Below are positions 23,556 to 31,043 of a stretch of 32,000 bases of DNA, piece after piece. Position numbers and translations under genes: made by a program. The stretch is from Fibrobacter succinogenes subsp. succinogenes S85 (GTDB taxonomy: Bacteria > Fibrobacterota > Fibrobacteria > Fibrobacterales > Fibrobacteraceae). The DNA lies in contig NC_017448.1 in the NCBI RefSeq assembly GCF_000146505.1, positions 1,830,001-1,862,000 on the forward strand, in the 5' to 3' direction. The notes below the pieces were generated by a model, which saw only the letters and a program-made list of their open reading frames with translations, was not told the origin of the DNA and did not search any database. The stretch's first letter is position 1, and every line of letters starts with the position of its first letter.

Positions 23556-24391
23556 TTAAGGTAGCTCTCCCGAACAAGGGCATGCTCTTTGAACCGACCC
23601 AGGAACTCCTCAAGGCCTGCGGTTACAAGGCATCCAAGCCCTACAAGACTTTGACCCAGATCGATTCCAAGAACGGTATCGAATTCTTCTTCCTCCGTCC
23701 GAGCGACATCCCGATGTACGTGGGTCGTGGCATCATCGACGCTGGCATCACGGGTATTGACTTCAACGCCGAAGCGAAGAGCCCGGCCGTGAAGGTTTTG
23801 GACCTCCCGTTTGGAGCTTCCAAGCTCTGCGCTGCAGTCCCGAACGAAAGCCCGATCCAAAGCCTCGCTGACCTCAAGGATGCAACGATTGCCACAAGCT
23901 TCCCGAACATCGTGGAAAGCTACTACAAGAAGAAGATGGACTTCGTGGTGCTCGAAGGCGCCGTCGAAATCTCCGTGAGCCTCGGTGTTGCAAACGCCAT
24001 CGTAGACGTTGTCGAAACAGGTACGACGCTCAAGCAGGCCGGTCTCCGTATTATCGGCGAACCGCTCTTCCGCTCTAACGCTGCCATTTTCTGCAACCCG
24101 CAGAAGACCGAACTCGAAGAAGTCAACACGCTCATCCGCCGCATCCAGGGCAAGCTCGTTGCCCAGACGTACATGATGATCGAGTACGACTGCCCCTCCG
24201 AACTTCTCTCGAAGGCTTGCGAAATGACTCCGGGTCTCGACGCCCCGACAGTGACGAAGCTCCACGGTCGCGAATGGTACTCCGTGAAGGCCATGGTGCC
24301 GCGCGAAGAAGCCAATGCCATCATGGACAAGCTCTGGGACGCAGGCGCAAGGAGCATCCTCCTGTTCGGCATCGAAAGCGCACGTATCTAA
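23552..24391 (+). CDS. hisG: ATP phosphoribosyltransferase (long form)
   Basis: MIKVALPNKGMLFEPTQELLKACGY, LRPSDIPMYVGRGIIDAGITG, and a C-terminal regulatory domain. ATGA overlap with hisE. The track start at 23465 is an out-of-context upstream extension. Confidence 0.9.
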   Translation: MIKVALPNKGMLFEPTQELLKACGYKASKPYKTLTQIDSKNGIEFFFLRPSDIPMYVGRGIIDAGITGIDFNAEAKSPAVKVLDLPFGASKLCAAVPNESPIQSLADLKDATIATSFPNIVESYYKKKMDFVVLEGAVEISVSLGVANAIVDVVETGTTLKQAGLRIIGEPLFRSNAAIFCNPQKTELEEVNTLIRRIQGKLVAQTYMMIEYDCPSELLSKACEMTPGLDAPTVTKLHGREWYSVKAMVPREEANAIMDKLWDAGARSILLFGIESARI

Positions 24392-25255
24392 ATGCAATCT
24401 CTCGCTTACTTGGCACGTCAACCGATTCTGGACCGCGATGGAAATATCTTCGCGTATGAATTGCTATTCCGAGACTCGCCAAGTAGCGATACCGCAATAA
24501 TCGCAAGCGACTTACAGGCAACCGCCCAGGTGCTCGAGAACATCTTGAACAGCATCGGGCTTACGCGCCTCGTCGGTGAAAGCAAGGCGTTTATCAACTG
24601 CAGTCGCGAGATTCTTCTTGACAACTTGTTCGGCCTCTTGAACACAGACCGCTTCGTTATTGAAATTCTCGAAGACGTTACCGTAGACGAAAATCTCATC
24701 CGCGCCATTCAGCGTCACAAGTCTCTCGGCTTTGAACTTGCGCTCGACGACTTTATCATGAGCGACGAATACATCCGCCGCTTTGAGCCGCTGTTCGAAT
24801 ACGTCTCTTACGTCAAGATGGACCTAGTCGACAACTCGCCCGAAGACATCGAAAAAGCGGCGCAGTTCTTTAAATCAAAGAACATCAAGCTGCTCGCCGA
24901 AAAAGTTGAAGACGAACCGACATACAAACGCTGCAAAGACATAGGCTACGACTTTTTCCAAGGTTTCTTTTTTGCAAAGCCCGAAATCGTAACAGGCCAA
25001 AAGATTGACGCAACATCTGCCGCCATCCTAGAAATCATCAAGCTCTTGCGCACACGCCCGACGCTCGAAGTCCTCTGCGATGAATTCGACAAGCACCCGG
25101 ACATTTCGGCGAACCTTTTGCAGTTCGTGAATTCCGACGTGCGCAACAAGCCCGTCATCGAAAGCGTCAAAGGCGCCATCGTCTGGGTGGGCATGAAGCA
25201 CATCCAAGAATGGCTCACGATCATGCTGTACGCGCATTTGGACTCCCGCTCATGA
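24392..25255 (+). CDS. EAL-domain c-di-GMP phosphodiesterase with a truncated HDOD-like tail
   Basis: The EAL catalytic set is present (YELLFR, INCS, VIEILED, LDDF, VKMDL, AEKVED, FQGFFF). The tail IIKLLRTRPTLEVL..DISANLLQFVNSDV..VGMKHIQEWL resembles only the first third of an HDOD domain. Confidence 0.8.
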   Translation: MQSLAYLARQPILDRDGNIFAYELLFRDSPSSDTAIIASDLQATAQVLENILNSIGLTRLVGESKAFINCSREILLDNLFGLLNTDRFVIEILEDVTVDENLIRAIQRHKSLGFELALDDFIMSDEYIRRFEPLFEYVSYVKMDLVDNSPEDIEKAAQFFKSKNIKLLAEKVEDEPTYKRCKDIGYDFFQGFFFAKPEIVTGQKIDATSAAILEIIKLLRTRPTLEVLCDEFDKHPDISANLLQFVNSDVRNKPVIESVKGAIVWVGMKHIQEWLTIMLYAHLDSRS

Positions 25256-25848
25256 ACGTAGAACCGCAAAGCCTAGAAAACCTGATTTCTGAATTTGCCT
25301 CCCTTCCAGGGATTGGACTAAAGACGGCACGCCGCCTCGCCTACCACATGCTTTCGCGCAAAAAAGGCGATGTCGAGCGCTTTGCCGATAGCTTGATGCA
25401 GGCCGCCGAAAAGGTCCACCCGTGCCCGCGCTGCCACGCCTTCACCGACGAAGACATCTGCCCTACGTGCAGAGCCCGCGAAGGCGCCAAGTCCATCTGC
25501 GTTGTCGAAAAAAATTCAGACATTCTGCCGTTCGAACGTTCGTCTGTCCATAAAGGTCTTTACTTTGTCCTCGGCGGTGTGATTTCCCCGCTCGACGGCA
25601 TCGGCCCCGAAGCACTCCACCTGCCGCAACTCGTGGAACGCATCAAAGCAGAAAACATCGAAGAACTTGTCCTTGCACTCGGCTCTAGCCCCGAAGCCGA
25701 CAGCACAGCCCTCATGATTGACCGCATGCTCGCCGGCGTCAATGTCAAGCGCACCCGCCTTGCCCGCGGCATCCCGATGGGCAGCGACCTGGAATTCATC
25801 GACGAAGTCACCATGCTTCGCGCATTCGAAGGGAGAGTTTCCTTATGA
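25252..25848 (+). CDS. recR: recombination protein RecR
   Basis: LPGIGLKTARRLAYHML HhH motif, CPRCHAFTDEDICPTC zinc finger, and a Toprim region. 198 aa from the ATG at 25252 (ATGA overlap with the EAL gene). Confidence 0.9.
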   Translation: MNVEPQSLENLISEFASLPGIGLKTARRLAYHMLSRKKGDVERFADSLMQAAEKVHPCPRCHAFTDEDICPTCRAREGAKSICVVEKNSDILPFERSSVHKGLYFVLGGVISPLDGIGPEALHLPQLVERIKAENIEELVLALGSSPEADSTALMIDRMLAGVNVKRTRLARGIPMGSDLEFIDEVTMLRAFEGRVSL

Positions 25849-26498
25849 GTACAAAAGAAAAAGTTGTCCACCAGGCCCCTGTTGAAGTTGGCGGTTACAC
25901 CGTCCGTTCGGCAAAGTTTGTCAAGGCCGCAGTGAGCCTCAAAGGTCTCCCCGAAGAACACCTCCCGCAAATAGCCTTCCTCGGACGCTCCAATGTGGGC
26001 AAGTCCTCGCTCATGAACACCCTCATGGGCCAGAAAAAGCTCGTGAAAATCAGTTCGACCCCCGGAAAAACGCGCGAATTGAATTTTTTCAAAGTCAATG
26101 ACGAATTTTTTCTTGTAGATTTACCAGGTGTAGGGTTCGCTAAAGTCAACAATGCAAAGCGCGACCAGATGTCCGACTTTATCCGAGAATATGTTGAGAA
26201 GTGCAAGGACCTCAAAGGACTCATCTACCTCGTAGATATCCGCCACGGAGGAACGCCCATCGACATCGAGACAGTCGAAAGCATCCGCGCCACGGGCTGC
26301 CCCGTGCTGGTCGTCGCTAGCAAGCGTGACAAGGTGAACCAGTCTGAACTCGCCAAAGGGCTCAGGGACATCCAGCAGCGCCTGGACCTCGACCAAAAGC
26401 CGCTTTGTGTCAGTTCACTCAAGAAAACCGGGCTCGATGAACTCTGGACCGAAATCCTAGAGGCAATACATAGCGATAATGGAAAAGACGCGACTTAA
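25845..26498 (+). CDS. engB: ribosome-biogenesis GTPase YihA/YsxC (EngB)
   Basis: IAFLGRSNVGKSSLMN (G1), TPGKTRE (G2), DLPGVG (G3), SKRDK (G4). ATGA overlap with recR. Confidence 0.9.
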   Translation: MSTKEKVVHQAPVEVGGYTVRSAKFVKAAVSLKGLPEEHLPQIAFLGRSNVGKSSLMNTLMGQKKLVKISSTPGKTRELNFFKVNDEFFLVDLPGVGFAKVNNAKRDQMSDFIREYVEKCKDLKGLIYLVDIRHGGTPIDIETVESIRATGCPVLVVASKRDKVNQSELAKGLRDIQQRLDLDQKPLCVSSLKKTGLDELWTEILEAIHSDNGKDAT

Positions 26499-27357
26499 AA
26501 ACTGGCAAAAGATGACTCCCGTCGGGCGTTTATTCCACACGCTCGGGATATTCATCTTGAAAACAAGAATGGGGCAGCTCATAGCCCTGTTTCTCCGCAC
26601 AGTAGCGTCCCTTTTCGACAAAAGCCACAACTTCAAGAGCGACTCCCGCAACATCATCTTGCAGACGTTCTTCACCGGTGTTGAAATTTTTCCGCCGCTC
26701 TTTGCCGTCGCTACGTTGTTCGGAACCGTCGTCATTATCTACCTATTCTCCCTCATGGGCAAGATGGGCTTTTCAAATAACATCGGCTTTCTCATCGTGG
26801 TGATTATCATCCGCGAACTGAGTCCCATCTTCACAGCGTTCCTCATCGCAGGCCGTACAGGCTCCTCGCTGACCACTTACATCGGCAGCATGGTTATCAA
26901 TTCCGAAGTAGACGCTCTTGCGACCATGGGCATCAACCCAATCCGTTACCTTGTCATGCCTAGCGTAATTGGTGGTACTATCGCAATGATCATCATGAAT
27001 ATCATCTTTAGTACAAGCGCTATCGGAGCAGGATTCCTCCTCACGAAGGGAATCATTTTCATTACCGGAAACGCCCCCAACGTGCAAATTACCTGGAGCT
27101 ACCTCTCTACAGAAATTATCAAGGCGCTCACCAAACCGGACTTTGTCTTTGCGATTGTGAAGCCCCTTATCTTTGGCATCATCATTACAATCAACGCATG
27201 CTACCAGGCACTGAACATCAAGCGAGATATTCGCCAAGTTCCCAAGGCAACATCCCGCTCTGTCATCATGTCCTTCCTCTACATCGTTTTTACCGACGCC
27301 TTATTCTTGATGTACTTCGTTAAAGACTACATGCAGAACCTTTCAGCAATTATCTAA
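26479..27357 (+). CDS. MlaE-family ABC transporter permease
   Basis: IIRELSPIFTAFLIAGRTGSSLTTYIGSMVINSEVDALATMGINPIRYLVMP is the MlaE/TIGR00056 signature. It overlaps engB by 20 nt. Confidence 0.85.
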   Translation: MEKTRLKNWQKMTPVGRLFHTLGIFILKTRMGQLIALFLRTVASLFDKSHNFKSDSRNIILQTFFTGVEIFPPLFAVATLFGTVVIIYLFSLMGKMGFSNNIGFLIVVIIIRELSPIFTAFLIAGRTGSSLTTYIGSMVINSEVDALATMGINPIRYLVMPSVIGGTIAMIIMNIIFSTSAIGAGFLLTKGIIFITGNAPNVQITWSYLSTEIIKALTKPDFVFAIVKPLIFGIIITINACYQALNIKRDIRQVPKATSRSVIMSFLYIVFTDALFLMYFVKDYMQNLSAII

Positions 27358-27358
27358 T

Positions 27359-28192
27359 ATGCTAGACGAAGCCCTCAGACTTGAAGATATTTACCTTTCG
27401 ACAAACGAACTCTCGGGAACGATGTTTTCGATTCCGAGAGCCGTAAGCTATTTTGAAAATATCAGGACAAGCAAAGGCAACGACGATTTCCAGCTCATCG
27501 CTGGGGCGAACCTCACACTAAAGCTCGGCGAGACAATTTGCATCGCAGGCCCATCCGGTAAAGGCAAGAGCGCCATTCTCCGTTTGATTGCAGGTCTTGC
27601 ACGCCCGCTCAAAGGGCATATCTATTACTTTGGCGAATACATCCCGTCAGAAAGGTTATCCGCACTCGAAGTAGCAAAGCGCCAAGTGGGTTACGTGCTA
27701 CAGAACGCAGCCCTGATTTCAAACCTGAGAGTTGTAGACAACATTGCACTGCCGCTTCGTTACCACAAGATGGGCACCGAGGACGAAATCACCAAGAAAG
27801 TCAACATGGCCATGGACTTGATGCGCGTCCGCGACTTTGCCAAGATGTTCCCGCATGAACTCAGCGTGGGCATGCAAAAGCGTGTCGCCATTGCAAGGTC
27901 GTGGGCCATGGACCCGAAGCTCTTGCTTATGGACGAACCGACCGCAGGGCTTGACAACTACAACCGCAGAAACCTCTTGCCGTTGATTGACAACATGCGA
28001 ACGATGTTCAAGACATCCATCATCATCGTCACGCACGACCTCATGATTGCAAAGGAACTGGACTGCAACCTCGTATTCTTGCACCAGAAAAAGCTCACCG
28101 AGCCGCACTCCTTTGACTACTGGCTCCATTCGGATAGCGAAATTTCGAAGGACCAGTTCCGCGACCTTCAATCCGTTTCACCTAATACTTAA
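27359..28192 (+). CDS. ABC transporter ATP-binding protein (MlaF-like partner)
   Basis: Walker A GPSGKGKS, signature LSVGMQKRVAIARS, Walker B LLLMDEPTAGLD, H-loop VTHDL. Confidence 0.9.
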   Translation: MLDEALRLEDIYLSTNELSGTMFSIPRAVSYFENIRTSKGNDDFQLIAGANLTLKLGETICIAGPSGKGKSAILRLIAGLARPLKGHIYYFGEYIPSERLSALEVAKRQVGYVLQNAALISNLRVVDNIALPLRYHKMGTEDEITKKVNMAMDLMRVRDFAKMFPHELSVGMQKRVAIARSWAMDPKLLLMDEPTAGLDNYNRRNLLPLIDNMRTMFKTSIIIVTHDLMIAKELDCNLVFLHQKKLTEPHSFDYWLHSDSEISKDQFRDLQSVSPNT

Positions 28193-28200
28193 TTACAGTT

Positions 28201-29202
28201 ATGTTCCTTCCATTACCAGACGATTTTCATGCGCACTTGCGCCAGGGCGAACTCATGCCCGGTTACGTCCGCGATCTTGTTGCCCAGTTTGGCCGCGCCA
28301 TCATCATGCCGAACACAGTTCCCGCGATGACTAGCGCAAAAGCAATCGCCGACTACAAAAAACAGATTCTCGAAGCCGCCGCTCCGGTGCGCCCGGACTT
28401 TGAACCGCTCATGACATTCAAGCTGAACCCGAACTACACGGAACAGGACTTGAAGGACATGATGGCCGTAGGCGTTGTCGCAGGCAAGTACTACCCCGCA
28501 GGCGTAACGACGAACAGCCAGGACGGCATCAGCGATTTCGAAGCGGTTTTCCCCGTTGTCGCCATGATGGAAAAGCTAGGCCTGGTACTTTGTGTACACG
28601 GCGAAGAGCCGGGTGAATTCTGCCTGGACCGCGAGCCCGCATTTATCAAGCGCGTCGAAACGCTCGCCGAAAAGTTCCCGAAGCTCCGCATCGTGTTTGA
28701 GCACTTGAGCAGTGCAAAATCCGTCGAAGCCGTGAAGCGCCTCCCCGCAAACGTCGCCGCCACATTCACGGTACACCACCTGATGATGACCCTCGACGAT
28801 ATCGTCGGCGATGCACTGCGCCCGCACCACTTCTGCAAGCCCTTGCCGAAGCGCCCCGAAGACCGCAAGGCCATCCGCGAAGCCGCCTTCAGCGGAAACC
28901 CGAAGTTCTTCCTCGGTACCGATTCCGCCCCGCATCAGCAGGGCAAAAAGGAATGCCCGTGCGGCGCCGCAGGCGTTTACAGCGCACCGGTCGCCATCCC
29001 GCTTTTGGTACAGGAATTTGACCGCGCAGACGCCCTCGACAAGCTCCCGAACTTCATCGCAGGATTCGGTGCAGACTTCTACCACCTCCCGCGCACGACA
29101 AAGCAAATCGAGGTGGTCAAGGAATCGTGGACCGTCCCTGCCGTCGTGAACGGAGTTGTGCCGCTCGCCGCCGGGCAGACGCTCGAATGGAAACTTAAAT
29201 AA
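28201..29202 (+). CDS. pyrC: dihydroorotase, class II (homodimeric type)
   Basis: LPDDFHAHLRQG, GRAIIMPNTVP, KYYPAGVTTNS, LCVHGE and GTDSAPH are collinear with E. coli PyrC motifs. Confidence 0.9.
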   Translation: MFLPLPDDFHAHLRQGELMPGYVRDLVAQFGRAIIMPNTVPAMTSAKAIADYKKQILEAAAPVRPDFEPLMTFKLNPNYTEQDLKDMMAVGVVAGKYYPAGVTTNSQDGISDFEAVFPVVAMMEKLGLVLCVHGEEPGEFCLDREPAFIKRVETLAEKFPKLRIVFEHLSSAKSVEAVKRLPANVAATFTVHHLMMTLDDIVGDALRPHHFCKPLPKRPEDRKAIREAAFSGNPKFFLGTDSAPHQQGKKECPCGAAGVYSAPVAIPLLVQEFDRADALDKLPNFIAGFGADFYHLPRTTKQIEVVKESWTVPAVVNGVVPLAAGQTLEWKLK

Positions 29203-29250
29203 CGTTTTGGGCCTTCATTTTACAATAAAACGCCCAAATTTCATACAAAA

Positions 29251-29278
29251 ATTCGCCGTAAAAGGCGAATTTTTTTTG
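29251..29278 (+). terminator. rho-independent terminator of pyrC
   Basis: attcgcc-gtaaaa-ggcgaat followed by T8. Confidence 0.8.
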
Positions 29279-29370
29279 TACAAATAAAAAAAAATTACCT
29301 CTTTAGCTTTTTTTACTTATATTAAAAAGCGATCCAAGGATTATACCACTTTTCAATCGGAGGTTTTATA

Positions 29371-29988
29371 ATGAATCTGGTAAAAACAATTGGTCGTATT
29401 CTTCCGGTAGCACTCTCGCTCTCTGTCCTCGTCGCTTGCGGCGACAAGAAATCTGAAAAGCCCGCTCCGGTCAAGCAGCCGGAACCGGCCAAGGTCGAAG
29501 CCCCGGCACCGGAACCAGAACAGCCGGCACCGTTTGACTTCTCCAAGTTCGCAGCTATCAAGAACAATTCCCAGGTTTTCTTGACCACGAATGCCGAAGT
29601 TGAAGCATACCTCAACGACGCATTCGCCAAGGTTGAAAACGGCCAGGCCACCTCGATCGAATTCCCGAACGTGAGCAGCCTCTTCGAACTCGCTAGCGCA
29701 GAACTTAGCAGCGAAGGCCGCGCCGTCATCGCAACAGTCGGTTCCAAGTTCGCACAGACCAACATCGATGCCGCATCCCTCCTCGTGGAAGGCTACACCT
29801 GCGACCTCGGCTCTGTCGCTTACAACGACGAACTTTCTCAGCGCCGTGCTGAAACCGTCAAGGCTGAATTTTCCAAGTACATTCCGGCTTCCAAAATCAC
29901 TGCCAAGTGGTATGGCAAGCGCATGTTCAAGAAGTTCAAGTACGGTTCCAGAGAAGAATACCGCCGCGTGAACGTCCGCATCCAGTAA
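29371..29988 (+). CDS. OmpA-domain lipoprotein (Pal-like, Pro/Ala-rich linker)
   Basis: GGAGG SD. Lipobox LSVLVAC. The PAPVKQPEPAKVEAPAPEPEQPAP linker is followed by the OmpA_C motif EGYTCDLGSVAYNDELSQRRAETV. Confidence 0.85.
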   Translation: MNLVKTIGRILPVALSLSVLVACGDKKSEKPAPVKQPEPAKVEAPAPEPEQPAPFDFSKFAAIKNNSQVFLTTNAEVEAYLNDAFAKVENGQATSIEFPNVSSLFELASAELSSEGRAVIATVGSKFAQTNIDAASLLVEGYTCDLGSVAYNDELSQRRAETVKAEFSKYIPASKITAKWYGKRMFKKFKYGSREEYRRVNVRIQ

Positions 29989-30030
29989 TACTCAGGATCG
30001 CGTAAAATTAAACGCGCAAGTGTTTGAAAG

Positions 30031-30057
30031 GCCTCCGCAACTGCGGAGGCTTTTTTT
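30031..30057 (+). terminator. rho-independent terminator of the OmpA-like gene
   Basis: gcctccgc-aact-gcggaggc followed by T7. Confidence 0.85.
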
Positions 30058-30111
30058 GTATTCAAGATGTTGGTTCAAGACACCGCTCGCAGGATGCCGC
30101 AAAGCGCCCAC

Positions 30112-30140
30112 TTGACATTTCGCACCGCAAAGACGATATT
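30112..30140 (+). promoter_or_regulatory. candidate sigma-70-type promoter of the PARG-like gene
   Basis: TTGACA (30112-30117), a 17-nt spacer, then GATATT (30135-30140), 22 nt upstream of the ATG. Confidence 0.4.
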
Positions 30141-30162
30141 AAGGGAAATACACTAGGTAATT

Positions 30163-31020
30163 ATGCAAAACAAAATTGACTACAAGAAATTAAACATCGA
30201 AGTTTACGAAGACACTGCAGAACGTTGCCGCACAAACGCTCGATTGCGCAATTCTATTGAACGCTCTATACACGAACAGAAATTCACCGGAGAGCGAGAA
30301 AACGTCGTTGTTGAGAGCCGCGAAATTTTCGCCGAACGTGCCAACATCATCGTCTCGCAAAAACGTACACTTGAAGCCGCCAAAGCATACGCAAACACAA
30401 AAGTCGCAGTCCTTAACTTTGCATCCGCATCGCACCCAGGCGGCGGCGTGACAACGGGAGCAGGCGCCCAAGAAGAAAGCATCTGCAGATGTTCCACATT
30501 GCACCCATGCCTCCTGGCACCGAAAATGGAAAAGCTTTTCTACGAGCCGCATTGGCACCAGAAAAATGCGCTCCATGATGACGACTGCATTTACACACCT
30601 GGCGTAACGGTCATCAAGACCGACACATCCGCCCCCGAATTGCTAGACGAATCCGATTGGTACAACGTAGATGTTATCACCTGTGCTGCACCGAACTTGC
30701 GCAATTTTGAACGCAAAAAAGAGTTGCTAGTTGATAAATACGGCTGCGGTTCTATCACCGACGAAGGTCTAAAGCAACTGCACATCAAGAGGCTCCGCCG
30801 CATTTTGGATATCGCCATTTTGAACAATGCCGAAAGCATTATCCTCGGAGCATTCGGTTGCGGGGCATTCATGAACGACCCAAGAATCGTCGCAAACGCC
30901 ACCGCCGAAGCCATCAAGGATTACCTGCACGCGTTCAAGAATATTGAATTCGCCGTATTCTGCCGACCCGGCTTTGAGCAGAACTACAAGGAGTTCTGCA
31001 AATTGCGGGAGGTAGGGTAA
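30163..31020 (+). CDS. bacterial-type poly(ADP-ribose) glycohydrolase-like macrodomain protein (TIGR02452/DUF2263 type)
   Basis: LNFASASHPGGGVTTGAGAQEESICR carries the GGG-X7-QEE PARG signature. A later GAFGCGAF diphosphate-binding loop is typical of macrodomains. Confidence 0.8.
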   Translation: MQNKIDYKKLNIEVYEDTAERCRTNARLRNSIERSIHEQKFTGERENVVVESREIFAERANIIVSQKRTLEAAKAYANTKVAVLNFASASHPGGGVTTGAGAQEESICRCSTLHPCLLAPKMEKLFYEPHWHQKNALHDDDCIYTPGVTVIKTDTSAPELLDESDWYNVDVITCAAPNLRNFERKKELLVDKYGCGSITDEGLKQLHIKRLRRILDIAILNNAESIILGAFGCGAFMNDPRIVANATAEAIKDYLHAFKNIEFAVFCRPGFEQNYKEFCKLREVG

Positions 31021-31043
31021 GGTGTACTTTGTCTTGGGTAATT

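Noticed and set aside
23492-24421. 309-aa ORF on the minus strand
   Set aside because: It is an antisense shadow of hisG, with the same compositional signature. hisG is strongly supported by motifs and operon context.
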